Shown: positions 34,202 through 44,189, numbered from the stretch's first letter. The stretch: 64,000 nt of DNA from Acutalibacteraceae bacterium (GCA_045642705.1 JAZUJK010000007.1:31736-95735), one strand, 5' to 3'. The notes: generated from the letters alone by a model not told the origin. Made by a program: numbers and translations.

Positions 34202-36487
34202 TTACATATCGAGATAAGAGTCAGAATAGAGCTCGTTATTCTTGAATATGTCACAGGACTTAATTGTCTCCATAAGTCTCTTGTCACATGGGTTTACGAT
34301 AGCAGATGTAAGACCCTGCATCATACACATAGCAACGAGAGCTGAGTCCATAATTGGACGAACTTCCTTAGGAGCGCCGTTTGAGTTGTTAGAAAGACCA
34401 CCTGTTGACTTGAGTCCCTCATCAGCGAACATCTTGATAGCAGCAAGTACATCCATCTGCTTATCCTGCATGCCCTTTACAACGAGGAAGAGTGGGTCAA
34501 ACCAGAGATCATCTGACTCCATGCCGAGTGACATACCGAGGTCGAGCATCTTATGGCAGTGAGCCATGCGCTCCTCGTTGTCCTTAGCAATACCATCAGC
34601 TGAGCAAAGTGCGATACAGATAGCATCATTTGCAGCAGCAAGATTGATGTTATCAATACGTGAGCCAGCATCAGCTGAGTTTACGATTGGCTTACCATTT
34701 GTACGGTTATATACCTTGATACCAGCCTCGATAGCCTTCTTGTTAGCTGTATCGAGAGCAAGTGGCACGTTGTTGAAGTTCTCCTGGAGAAGTTTAACAG
34801 CCCAAGTCATAAGCTCAGGACCATTTGACTCTGCAGGTCCGATATTAACATCAAGATATGTTGCGCCGGCAGCAATCTGCTCAGCAGCTCTCTTGAGGAT
34901 TGGCTCTGGATCCATGTTATCCATAGCAGCCTTGATTGTAGGGCTGATGCAGTGGATACGCTCACCAATTGTTACGAACTTGTTAGAATCAACATTTCTT
35001 GTCTTGTACTGAACGCCCATATCAACAACCTTGATTTCTGGGATGCTTGCAGCGATCTTATCGAAATCAAGTGGTGCGTTCTCGTCTACCACCTTGGCCT
35101 CAGCCGTAGGTGCATCAGCCTTCTGAGCAGCAACTGCCTCTGCAGCCTTCTTATACTCGCCATCCTTGAGATACTTAACGATCTCAACAGCTTCACGAGT
35201 ACCAACTACAACATTCCACTCAGGAAGTTTGTCAGCGATTTCGCCCTTCATAACTGCAACCTTACCAGGGAGGATAAGTGTGCGGCTGTTGATCTTAGAT
35301 GCTACATCGAATTCCTCAAATGTCTTCTTAACAGAAGATGATGAGAACTTACCAGCAGCCCAAGCTGTAAGTACTGACATACCAGATGCATCAGTGATAA
35401 GAAGGTTTACTGGAACCTTAGAACGCTCAAGTTCACCTGTAACAAGGAAATATGTAAGAGCGAAGTCAACTGTGAGCATAACTGGATCATCAGGACCTGC
35501 ACCATTGATAGGATAGATACCTGGCTCAACCTTCATTGGCTTCTGAGGGTCAGTGTAGATATTCTGACGGAGACCATAAAGTGGAAGAGCCTCAGCCATT
35601 GTGATGTTTTCCATAACAATGATTGAACCATATTTAAGTGTGAAGAGTGCAGCATAAGCTGTCTGGAGATGTAAATCACCCTTAGCAAACTTAGGAAGTT
35701 TTACGATTGAAGGATAACCGAGTGACTTATCGCCATCCTTGATAGCGCCACGACGGCAGAATACAGCATTCTTGAGTGTTTCCTTAATATCAGCACCTGT
35801 GATGTTGATGATAAGATTCTTATTGCCTGCATCCTCGAGTGCCTTGATTGTGTCATAGATGTCCTCGATGCTGTCGCCACATACGCCAAGAGCGATGCCA
35901 GCAGCAGTAGCGATTTCGTTCATTGCGGCAAAGTTGTCCTTGTTAGCACCGCAGAGAACTGGCTTAGTATCCTTAATAGCGTCGATAGCAGCTTTTGCAA
36001 CAGCAGCATCTGTTGTCTCAACGATAACAGTACGGCCTGTTGCAGCAGCCTTCTTAGCGAGTTCTACGAGCTTGTCGCCCTCGCCGTGAACAAATACTGT
36101 CTCAACGAATTCGCGCTCGCCGATACGCTCGTAATCAATTTTCTTGAGTCCTTCAAGTTTTTCATCAATTGCAGCATCGTCCATGCATGTGCATACAGGA
36201 ACTGCAAATACGTTCTTGGAAACGAGTGTCTTCTCGTGACGGTAGAGAACTGTCTCACCACCGAGTGTGATTTCAGCATCTCCTGCGCCGATTTTGATTG
36301 TCTTCATTGCTGGAGCTGTAGCCTCAGAAAGAAGAGCCTTAGCCTCGTCAGACATATGTGGGCACTGATCAATTGATACTGCACCCTGAGCAACCTTCAT
36401 GCAGAAAGCCATACATGTTGGGCTTCCGCACTCCTTACAGTTTGTCTTAGGAGATAACTTGAAAATATCTAGTCCTTTAACAGCCAT
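34202..36487 (-). CDS. acsC-acsE: Fusion of the corrinoid iron-sulfur protein large subunit (AcsC) with the methyl-H4folate:corrinoid methyltransferase (AcsE/MeTr, pterin-binding domain)
   Basis: In aa 1-~445 I read the N-terminal 4Fe-4S motif CKECGSPTCMAFC...QCPH followed by the AcsC/CdhE TIM-barrel and Rossmann-type body. Residues ~446-502 are an Ala/Lys-rich linker. Residues ~503-761 read as a pterin-binding barrel (GERIHC..., GATYLDVNIG, ALDT, VNSA, FDPL, GLSNNSNG). It is a single uninterrupted 761-codon ORF. Confidence 0.8.
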   Translation of the reverse strand: MAVKGLDIFKLSPKTNCKECGSPTCMAFCMKVAQGAVSIDQCPHMSDEAKALLSEATAPAMKTIKIGAGDAEITLGGETVLYRHEKTLVSKNVFAVPVCTCMDDAAIDEKLEGLKKIDYERIGEREFVETVFVHGEGDKLVELAKKAAATGRTVIVETTDAAVAKAAIDAIKDTKPVLCGANKDNFAAMNEIATAAGIALGVCGDSIEDIYDTIKALEDAGNKNLIINITGADIKETLKNAVFCRRGAIKDGDKSLGYPSIVKLPKFAKGDLHLQTAYAALFTLKYGSIIVMENITMAEALPLYGLRQNIYTDPQKPMKVEPGIYPINGAGPDDPVMLTVDFALTYFLVTGELERSKVPVNLLITDASGMSVLTAWAAGKFSSSSVKKTFEEFDVASKINSRTLILPGKVAVMKGEIADKLPEWNVVVGTREAVEIVKYLKDGEYKKAAEAVAAQKADAPTAEAKVVDENAPLDFDKIAASIPEIKVVDMGVQYKTRNVDSNKFVTIGERIHCISPTIKAAMDNMDPEPILKRAAEQIAAGATYLDVNIGPAESNGPELMTWAVKLLQENFNNVPLALDTANKKAIEAGIKVYNRTNGKPIVNSADAGSRIDNINLAAANDAICIALCSADGIAKDNEERMAHCHKMLDLGMSLGMESDDLWFDPLFLVVKGMQDKQMDVLAAIKMFADEGLKSTGGLSNNSNGAPKEVRPIMDSALVAMCMMQGLTSAIVNPCDKRLMETIKSCDIFKNNELYSDSYLDM

Positions 36488-36504
36488 TTTCTTCTACCTC
36501 CTTC

Positions 36505-37398
36505 TTAGTTAAGTGCTGCAATCATTGCAGCAATAGTTTTAATAGCTTCTGGATGACGCATAATTACAGCGTCAGCGCCGCCTGTAAGTGCAGCGGCAGC
36601 AGTTGTGATTTCCATCTCGATGATACGCTCATCAAGTGAACCCCACTCTGGCATTTCTTCTTCTGCCATAATTGATTCCTTAACACCCCATGTCTCTGTT
36701 GAAACAGGTGTGATAATTGGCATTGCAAGCTGAGCATCGCCCTGTGTGAGTGCAGCAAGACGAATTCTATCGAGTGTTGATGCAACATACTCATAACCAT
36801 AACCTGCAGCTGCAGAACCAGCGTTCATAACGATTGTCTTCTCATCTACGCCGAGCTGAGAAAGCATTGTATTGAGCTGCTTTGCAAGGTTGATATCAAC
36901 TGCTGATTCAGCGCCAACCTTCTGTCCATAAGCAAGACCAGCACTAGCGCCAACCTGCTTGTAGTTCTCCTCACGTGCTGAGAGAACAAGGATATTCTTG
37001 CCTTCAAGAGCCTCAGAGACCTTATTGAAAATCTCTGCATCCTTCTCTACTGCCTTACAACCCATGATTACAAGTGGAAGTGGAGTTGCGTCTGAAACTG
37101 CCTTTGCAAGGGCTACACAATCCTCAACGCTCTTGTTTTCACCATTAGGATCAGCAGATTGGAGATGTAGGCATACGAATGATACGCCCTCCATTGATTC
37201 TGCCTTCTTGGCATTTTCAACAGCGTTCTCATCGTCCAAAATCTCAAGACCGATTTTCTGTGGGTTTTCGATTGCAGCATCAAATGAGTAGAAAGGCATT
37301 ACGTTCTGGCCACCGATTGTGATAGCCTTGTCGCCTGTACCAATTGTTACTGCGTTAACCTTTGAGTTAAATGCTTGGAGTTTTGCTTCAAAAGCCAT
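36505..37398 (-). CDS. acsD: Corrinoid iron-sulfur protein small subunit (AcsD/CdhD-like)
   Basis: ~297 aa, beginning MAFEAKLQAFNSKVNAVTIGTGDKAITIGGQNVMPFY..., the TIM-barrel subunit pattern of CFeSP delta. It is adjacent to acsC. The ORF track start is 37407. Confidence 0.8.
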   Translation of the reverse strand: MAFEAKLQAFNSKVNAVTIGTGDKAITIGGQNVMPFYSFDAAIENPQKIGLEILDDENAVENAKKAESMEGVSFVCLHLQSADPNGENKSVEDCVALAKAVSDATPLPLVIMGCKAVEKDAEIFNKVSEALEGKNILVLSAREENYKQVGASAGLAYGQKVGAESAVDINLAKQLNTMLSQLGVDEKTIVMNAGSAAAGYGYEYVASTLDRIRLAALTQGDAQLAMPIITPVSTETWGVKESIMAEEEMPEWGSLDERIIEMEITTAAAALTGGADAVIMRHPEAIKTIAAMIAALN

Positions 37399-37442
37399 TT
37401 GTCTCAATCCTTTCTTAATATGACTAATTAATTAATACCAAA

Positions 37443-38210
37443 TTAAATGTCGATCTCACGGAGGAGTTCGAAAAGTTTTGCTTTGACTGGGGTGGTGTCA
37501 GGGACATAAGCCGTAGGCTTACCATCACAGTCATATTCATAAACGAGGTCATCGTGAGGAAGCACTCCGAGAAGCGGTAAATTGAACTTCTCTATCTCCT
37601 CTTTTACTCCTTCACTGAGTTCCCCGTTTGGAGCCCTATTTACAATGAGATGAATCTCACCTGGATTAAGTTTAAGCTCATCAATCATGTCACGAATTCT
37701 AGCAACCGCTTGAATTCCGCGACGTGAGCAGTCTGAGATTAAGAACATTACATCAACTGGTGGAAGTGTTCCACGGCTGATATGTTCAAGTCCAGCCTCA
37801 TTGTCGATTACAGTGTAACTGTAATTCTTAATGTACTTATCTATCTGAGTCTTCAGTAGGCCGTTTACAAAGCAATAGCAGCCTTGGCCCTGTGTGCGAC
37901 CCATAACTATCATATCGAAGTCTTTTTCCTCGATAAGTGCATCTTCAAATTTAAATTCAGCGTAGTCAGCCTTGGACATGCCCTCTGGAATTTTTCCATC
38001 GATTTCAGAATGGGCAATCTCCTCTCGGATAGAACCGAGTGTGATATCCGCCTCTACGCCAAGTACTTCATTGAGGTTAGAATTGGCATCTGCATCAACC
38101 ACGAGTATTGGCTCATTTGACTTGCGAATTAGGTAGTCAATAGCCATGCCACAAGTGGTTGTCTTTCCAACGCCACCTTTTCCTACAACAGCAATAGTTT
38201 TATTTGCCAT
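37443..38210 (-). CDS. cooC: CooC/AcsF-type Ni-insertion ATPase (copy 2)
   Basis: Deviant Walker A VVGKGGVGKTT (MinD/ParA class), a CxC-like metal motif region (GQGCYCF) and 255 aa. Its start overlaps the cooT stop (TAATG). Confidence 0.8.
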   Translation of the reverse strand: MANKTIAVVGKGGVGKTTTCGMAIDYLIRKSNEPILVVDADANSNLNEVLGVEADITLGSIREEIAHSEIDGKIPEGMSKADYAEFKFEDALIEEKDFDMIVMGRTQGQGCYCFVNGLLKTQIDKYIKNYSYTVIDNEAGLEHISRGTLPPVDVMFLISDCSRRGIQAVARIRDMIDELKLNPGEIHLIVNRAPNGELSEGVKEEIEKFNLPLLGVLPHDDLVYEYDCDGKPTAYVPDTTPVKAKLFELLREIDI

Positions 38211-38401
38211 TATGCTCTCTCCTTAACAATTACCTTGCTGGAAAGTAAATCAACTGAAACGAGATCACCGTCTATTTCAAGTTTTCTCTCCATAAGATCT
38301 GTAAGTACTACAAGATTATCTAAAATTTCGATCTTGGCAACATTGCTCATTAGGATGTTTCCAGAATCGATATCATTTCCATAAACAGTTGAAAGACACA
38401 T
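38210..38401 (-). CDS. cooT: CooT-family small nickel-binding protein
   Basis: 63 aa starting MC (Cys2 is the Ni ligand in R. rubrum CooT). The beta-rich sequence has CooT length and sits between Ni-maturation genes. The RBS is AGGAGG. Confidence 0.6.
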   Translation of the reverse strand: MCLSTVYGNDIDSGNILMSNVAKIEILDNLVVLTDLMERKLEIDGDLVSVDLLSSKVIVKERA

Positions 38402-38415
38402 ATTGTACCTCCTAT

Positions 38416-38664
38416 TTATGCGAGTTTGGACAGCGCCTCTGCGAGGATATCATTACCCTTGTGATAATTTTCTACTGCAGCCATAACCTCTGCATAGACT
38501 TCCTCATTACCAGCGTCCTTGATATCAAGTGCCAGATGCTCCAATTCATGTGTATGTTCTGCATTGTGACCAACCATATATTTCATAAGAGCAACGAGTT
38601 CTTCTACTGGTGTTGCCATACTATCGTGGTCGTGGTGTTCATGGTGCATATGCATATCAATCAA
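38416..38664 (-). CDS. Histidine-rich small helical protein (candidate Ni-binding chaperone, family not recognised)
   Basis: ~80 aa. The N-terminus is M(ID)MHMHHEHHDHD, and further His residues follow (GHNAEHTHELEH, NYH). Two long predicted helices are present. Its start overlaps the end of the DUF3786 gene. Confidence 0.5.
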   Translation of the reverse strand: MIDMHMHHEHHDHDSMATPVEELVALMKYMVGHNAEHTHELEHLALDIKDAGNEEVYAEVMAAVENYHKGNDILAEALSKLA

Positions 38665-39283
38665 GCTCCTTCATTTTGATTTTTAACAGTGTTATTAGCA
38701 TCTCTGCCATTACTACTCTGTCCTCAGCCGCAAATGAGCCCTCGAAATTATCAGAGTAGAGAATCTGTGAGTTTGGTGGGAATTCGTCGTCGCCTTCCCA
38801 AACTAAAATTTGGATAAAATAGCCAGGCATAACTTCAAATTCATAGCCCGCGTCACCGTGGTTTATTTTGGTTGCACCGAGTGCCTCTGATGCGGCGCAA
38901 AATTTTGGAACGCAAGTTCCAAAAGTAAATGCTGCGCGTTTAATACAGCGACCGGTGAAAGGTTCTATATACATCTCACCCCAAGACATTTCGCGGAATG
39001 TCTTGAATGTGCCAAGCGACATTCTCCTCTCGAATTCTAGGAGAATTCGCATGAGGAATGTCTTGGCCTTGAGATCAGAGAGGCAAAATGCACTCTCATT
39101 ACTTGAAGTTACAGAAAACTCCGGCCATGTGATTTTATAATCATCGAACAGGAAGTCGAGCGAGAATACACCGTCGCTGTATTTTGCGCCGCTCCTGTCC
39201 ATTGCATCCATTGGATCAAGTTTTTTAAAGAGTTCCTCATAATGTGCAAAAGGAACTTCTTTTATATTGTTTTGTACTTCCAT
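38657..39283 (-). CDS. DUF3786-like protein (commonly found in acs clusters)
   Basis: 208 aa. The C-terminal block ILVWEGDDEFPPNSQILYSDNF...EDRVVMAEML matches the conserved DUF3786 core as I remember it. Confidence 0.55.
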   Translation of the reverse strand: MEVQNNIKEVPFAHYEELFKKLDPMDAMDRSGAKYSDGVFSLDFLFDDYKITWPEFSVTSSNESAFCLSDLKAKTFLMRILLEFERRMSLGTFKTFREMSWGEMYIEPFTGRCIKRAAFTFGTCVPKFCAASEALGATKINHGDAGYEFEVMPGYFIQILVWEGDDEFPPNSQILYSDNFEGSFAAEDRVVMAEMLITLLKIKMKELD

Positions 39284-41221
39284 TTAAAACTCCTGTTTTG
39301 CACTTGGAAATCTGGACAAATCTGTATGTGGCAAGAAACAAGCAGCAATAAAGTTATCCATATATCCTGGATAAGTTGAGAGTTCAATATATGTCATATT
39401 ACGTGATAATTCATTGACTTTCTTCTCTGCATTTCTTGATAGCACACAGGTATAAGAACCTGCGAGTGAAGAGTTTCCGATATATTCATACTTATCAAGT
39501 TCGATATCTGGGAACATACCAATATTAATAGCATTCTTGATATTGATACCGCTTCCAATTCCGCCTGCAACATAGAAATGTTCAATGACAGATGCATCCA
39601 TATCAAGGCTGGATAGAAGTGTATCTATTCCAGAATAAATAGCGCCCTTGGCTCTTACAAAGCTCTCGATATCAACCTCAGTCAGAACAATTTCACGACC
39701 GGTCTCGGAGTCGGATGAATTTACAACAACATAGCTGCCCATTCCGTACTCGTCATACTTTATTCTGTCGCCCTGTCTCACATATCTGCCCTTGGAATTA
39801 ACAATTCCACAACGGTAGAGTTCTGAGATTATATCAATAATTCCTGAGCCACATAGGCCGATTGGCTTTTGACCAGCGTCGCCGATAATCTCATATGTCG
39901 GCTCCATAGTCTCAGCATCAATCTTGATAGACTGAATAGCTCCGTCTGTTGCTCTCATGCCACAACTGATATCTCCACCCTCAAATGCAGGGCCAGCTGA
40001 GCATGCGCAGCTCATCATAAAGTCTCTATTTCCAAATACGATCTCACCATTGGTACCAAGGTCAACGAAGAGGGACAATTCATCCTTATCCCACAGAAGT
40101 GTTGCGAGTGTACCAGCAGTAATATCTCCGCCTACATAAGAGCCAATATTAGGACAAATTATGAGGCGAGCATTAGGATTTACATGAATTCCAATCTCCA
40201 TTGCAAAGATGTCATCTGCAAGGAAGAAAGTTGGAATATATGGTTCCATGCGAACCGGATTCGCATCCACGCCGAGCAAGAGATGATTCATCGTCGTGTT
40301 GGATGCGACGCATACCTTTAATATCTTCTTAGGTGAAATATTTGCAGTCTCACAGAGTCTCGTTACAAGAGGCTCAATTGTCTCGCGTACAACAGCGTCC
40401 TTTAGGCGCTTTACACCACCTGTCTTGCCCTGCTCGATGATACGGTTGATAACGTCCGCACCATATCTTATCTGGCCATTGCCAGATGAAGCCTTGGCAA
40501 GGAGTTCTCCGCCCTTCAAGTTAACAAGAACTGCTGATACTGTTGTTGTACCAATATCGATAGCAAGACCGCAGAGAGGCTCATGATCCTCAAATGATGA
40601 AACTCCATATACGAAGAAGTCTGGACCTCTATGCTCACCTATTACTCTTACTTTAAAATCATTCTCACGGAGAACTCTTGCGAGGTCCCTTGTAACTGAG
40701 AATGGAATTGTTACTTTTGAAACGCCAAAAGCCGCTTTTACAGCATTCACGAAGCGCTCGTTGTCTGGAAGCGTATCATCGAGAGTAGGCTCTGGGAGCT
40801 CGATGCGCTCTGCAGCAAATGTGTTTACAAGATCTATACCAGCGCCCTTGATATCGCTAAGTAGTTTTTCAAAAATAGCAATTTCTGTGCCACTTGAGAG
40901 ATCTGCAGTCTGCATTCTGCTCTGGTATGCAGTGGCAATATCAGGAACCATAACTGTTACGTCAGATATAACTTTTGAACCACATGAGAGAACCCAGCCC
41001 TCGGCCAGTTCCTCATCTGTGATATGACTTGAAGGCCAGCAGTTCAGCTCGCCCTCGATACGTCTTACTTTACATTTACCGCATGCGCCATTGCCACTGC
41101 ATGGTGCATCAATAGCGACATTGGCATGTTGTGCCACCTGGAGCAGATTTGCTCCAGGCGCACAAGATACCGTCACCGGTTGTCTGTCTTCATTTTCAAA
41201 TGTAAAGGTTACATCAAACAT
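39284..41221 (-). CDS. acsV: Reductive activator of corrinoid protein (RACo/AcsV; 2Fe-2S ferredoxin domain plus ASKHA ATPase)
   Basis: An N-terminal plant-type 2Fe-2S motif CSGNGACGKCKV...C is followed by ASKHA phosphate motifs (LAIDIGTTTV, VDLGTNGE) and C-terminal GNSSLAG. 645 aa. Confidence 0.8.
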   Translation of the reverse strand: MFDVTFTFENEDRQPVTVSCAPGANLLQVAQHANVAIDAPCSGNGACGKCKVRRIEGELNCWPSSHITDEELAEGWVLSCGSKVISDVTVMVPDIATAYQSRMQTADLSSGTEIAIFEKLLSDIKGAGIDLVNTFAAERIELPEPTLDDTLPDNERFVNAVKAAFGVSKVTIPFSVTRDLARVLRENDFKVRVIGEHRGPDFFVYGVSSFEDHEPLCGLAIDIGTTTVSAVLVNLKGGELLAKASSGNGQIRYGADVINRIIEQGKTGGVKRLKDAVVRETIEPLVTRLCETANISPKKILKVCVASNTTMNHLLLGVDANPVRMEPYIPTFFLADDIFAMEIGIHVNPNARLIICPNIGSYVGGDITAGTLATLLWDKDELSLFVDLGTNGEIVFGNRDFMMSCACSAGPAFEGGDISCGMRATDGAIQSIKIDAETMEPTYEIIGDAGQKPIGLCGSGIIDIISELYRCGIVNSKGRYVRQGDRIKYDEYGMGSYVVVNSSDSETGREIVLTEVDIESFVRAKGAIYSGIDTLLSSLDMDASVIEHFYVAGGIGSGINIKNAINIGMFPDIELDKYEYIGNSSLAGSYTCVLSRNAEKKVNELSRNMTYIELSTYPGYMDNFIAACFLPHTDLSRFPSAKQEF

Positions 41222-41243
41222 AACAGTCTCCCGTTTTTATGAA

Positions 41244-43382
41244 TTAGATATCCATAGGCTCCATCTCAAGTACTGGATGGCCAACCTCTGAAAGATATGC
41301 AAGAAGTTCCTCTGGATCTCCTGAACCGCATACTGTCTCATCAGCAATCATATCAGCGAAGTTCTCAATACCATATACTTCACTTGCTGTTGCATTGATC
41401 TTGTCGCGAATCTGCTCCTTGAGATCAGATGGCAACCATACGAGACGAGGAAGTCCGCCCTCAGCCTTCAAGAATTTCTTAGAAGCGATATAGTGCTTGC
41501 CGTGTCCCATGAATCCTGGTGTCTGAACACCGCCACCTGTCATTGATGCCATCTCAGAGAATGTCATACCAAGTGGTGTGATACCTGTATGCTCACGTGT
41601 TGTAATAACAACACCCATTGAGCAAGGCTCGATACCGCAGATACACTCAAAGCATCCGCATGATGTCATAGGATCCTCGAGGAGTGAGTAAAGTGTTACA
41701 TGCTCGAGTGCGCCATGTGAGAGGTTGTTTACTACTTCGTCAACATCCTCGTAACGACCAACACGCTCGTCAAGGCACTTCTCCTTGGTTACTACCTGGC
41801 AAGGACCTGTTGGGTCGAGCTCGTTAGTAGCCTTCGCATCAAGCCATGATACAGCACCGCAGAGTCCGAGACGCTCAGGTGTTACAATGCAAACGTGGCT
41901 TGGTGAGAATGCCTGGCACATGATACATGAATAGAATACAGGTACTGATTCATCAGTCATGGACTTGAGTCTTTCATCACGCTTATCGAATATCTTATTA
42001 GCCTCAGCACGAAGAGCCTTATTCTTCTCTTCGTCGATTACGATCTTAACCTGGCACTTATCAACAACAGTGTCAAAGTCAGACATAATCTTGGCATATA
42101 GAACTTCACCTATATGCTTAAACTTGAATCCTGCCTCATAGTCAGCCTTGCTGATACGGATACGAATCATATCACGCTGACCTGTGTGCATAAGACCCTC
42201 TACGCAGTTGAGGTAAGAGTGGAACTTACGCTCAAATACTGACTCGAAGTCTGTCTGCATGTTCTTACCAGCAACTTCTACTGTGTAAGAAGCTGAGAGC
42301 TTAGCACCCTCTGGGAACTCATCAATCTCAGGACCTTCAACTGTGATCTTGTGATCCTCAATCTCTGTAGCGTCCTTAGTCTGAACGAGCTCGAAGCAGT
42401 CAACACGAGAACCATCGATTTCAACCTGCATGTCTGCCTTACGAATGATTTCGCCTTCGAATGCAGTTGAGAATGAAACTGGGATATCAATCTTAGTTAC
42501 CTTAATCTTGATTCCACGTGCTTCAAGAGATGTATCAATCCAGTCCTTAGTATCCTCATTGATAACGAGTGACTTAGGTACTGACCACATATCATCTGTA
42601 TCATTTGTAATTACTGGGAAGCCAAGCTTGATAGCACCAGCGCCGCAGGCAACTGTGATATCAGGAACTGGCTTGTAAGCGTTTACAAATGCATTGATTC
42701 TATCAAATGTGTATCTATGGAAACCATCCCAGTCACCTGGCTGAACATTACCAAAGATCATTGCTGTACGTGTTACAAGAGAAATGATGTGGCCTACGCC
42801 CCAAATTTCATCTGTAACAGGTACAAGACGTACTGGGAATCCCATGTTTACGCCTGCCTCATACATCTGGTCAATAATGCCACCGATGAGGAAGATAAAG
42901 ATACCACGTGACTGGTATCCCTTTACGATTTCAACAGCTTCCTCTGTTGATGGTGCAGGACCAATCATTACAACGAAGCCAGGGATATCGTTTGTTACAA
43001 GTGGAACACCGAGTTCACGTACTTCTGCATCTGAGAAGTGACCATGATACTTTGTTCCCTCATAAGGAGTTGGTGTCTCAACATACTTACATGCTTCAAT
43101 CATTTCTGCTGCGATTGCTGTACCTACGCCAGACCAAAAGATTGACTTTGTTCGTGGTTCGCGAAGCATCATAGCCTTGACATCAGCAAGTGCATCTTGA
43201 AGTTCACCAGTTGTTGTTACTTTTTTACCTATATATGCATAGATGCAAGCGAGATAATATGCTGTATTAGGCATATTAAGTGGCGCATCTCTTCCGACTT
43301 TTTCGACGATAGCGTTTACCTCAGCTTCTGCTTTTGCAAACATCTCGTCTGAACCACGGAATACTCTTTCAAAAAGTGCCAT
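41244..43382 (-). CDS. acsB: Acetyl-CoA synthase (CO-methylating) alpha subunit
   Basis: 712 aa with A-cluster cysteines in CIMCQAFSPSHVC...LCGA and SCGCFECI, and the NMPNTAYYL N-terminal region typical of bacterial AcsB. Confidence 0.9.
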   Translation of the reverse strand: MALFERVFRGSDEMFAKAEAEVNAIVEKVGRDAPLNMPNTAYYLACIYAYIGKKVTTTGELQDALADVKAMMLREPRTKSIFWSGVGTAIAAEMIEACKYVETPTPYEGTKYHGHFSDAEVRELGVPLVTNDIPGFVVMIGPAPSTEEAVEIVKGYQSRGIFIFLIGGIIDQMYEAGVNMGFPVRLVPVTDEIWGVGHIISLVTRTAMIFGNVQPGDWDGFHRYTFDRINAFVNAYKPVPDITVACGAGAIKLGFPVITNDTDDMWSVPKSLVINEDTKDWIDTSLEARGIKIKVTKIDIPVSFSTAFEGEIIRKADMQVEIDGSRVDCFELVQTKDATEIEDHKITVEGPEIDEFPEGAKLSASYTVEVAGKNMQTDFESVFERKFHSYLNCVEGLMHTGQRDMIRIRISKADYEAGFKFKHIGEVLYAKIMSDFDTVVDKCQVKIVIDEEKNKALRAEANKIFDKRDERLKSMTDESVPVFYSCIMCQAFSPSHVCIVTPERLGLCGAVSWLDAKATNELDPTGPCQVVTKEKCLDERVGRYEDVDEVVNNLSHGALEHVTLYSLLEDPMTSCGCFECICGIEPCSMGVVITTREHTGITPLGMTFSEMASMTGGGVQTPGFMGHGKHYIASKKFLKAEGGLPRLVWLPSDLKEQIRDKINATASEVYGIENFADMIADETVCGSGDPEELLAYLSEVGHPVLEMEPMDI

Positions 43383-43399
43383 AATTCATCTATCCTTTC

Positions 43400-44167
43400 T
43401 TATAGTCGATTGTCGAGTTTTTCCTTGATTGCTCTGATTTCATCAAGAGCCTCAGGGCTACAATCGTATGGAGAGAGGCCTCTGCGGTCCGCATCAATTA
43501 CGTCCGCATTATAACTTATGAATCCGAGTAGATCTTCTTCTGGGATTTTAGATTTAATAAACTCCCTATCACTGTCATCGCGAATCTTGTTCGCAACTAC
43601 GTAAACCTTATTTACGCCAATATCTGCTGCAAGTCGTTTTACATTCTCATATGTCTGAATTGAACGAGCGCCTGGCTCGATAACTACGATAAAGAAATCA
43701 ACGAGGCTTGCCGTGCCACGTGCCAGATGTTCAAGTCCTGCTTCCATGTCCATAACGACCACGTCGTCACGGCGGAAAACGAGCGCTGACAGTACGGACT
43801 TTAGCATCACATGCTCAGGACATACACAGCCGGAACCGCCGGTTTCGACTGTTCCCATAACGAGGAGTTTAACCCCGTTTATGTCCTTGCCGTACTTGTC
43901 AGGTATATCTGACACCTCTGGGTTGAGCTTAAAGAATTTGTTGGCATCATTTGCGCCGGTTCTCTCCTCAACCAAGGTACGCATCTTGGATATTGGAACT
44001 ATTTGATTTACTTCTTCAAGTGAAAGGCCAAGTGCAAGTCCGAGATTAGCATCCGGATCAACGTCGGCTGCGAGCACTGTTCTGCCCTCATCGGCGTATA
44101 GCCTTGCAAGTGTTGATGACAATGTTGTCTTGCCAACTCCACCCTTGCCTGTAATCGCAAGTTTCAT
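43400..44167 (-). CDS. cooC: CooC/AcsF-type Ni-insertion ATPase (copy 1)
   Basis: Walker A ITGKGGVGKTT, metal motif GSGCVCPEH and 255 aa. It lies between acsA and acsB. Confidence 0.8.
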   Translation of the reverse strand: MKLAITGKGGVGKTTLSSTLARLYADEGRTVLAADVDPDANLGLALGLSLEEVNQIVPISKMRTLVEERTGANDANKFFKLNPEVSDIPDKYGKDINGVKLLVMGTVETGGSGCVCPEHVMLKSVLSALVFRRDDVVVMDMEAGLEHLARGTASLVDFFIVVIEPGARSIQTYENVKRLAADIGVNKVYVVANKIRDDSDREFIKSKIPEEDLLGFISYNADVIDADRRGLSPYDCSPEALDEIRAIKEKLDNRL

Positions 44168-44189
44168 AAGTCGTCCTCTTTAATGTTTA

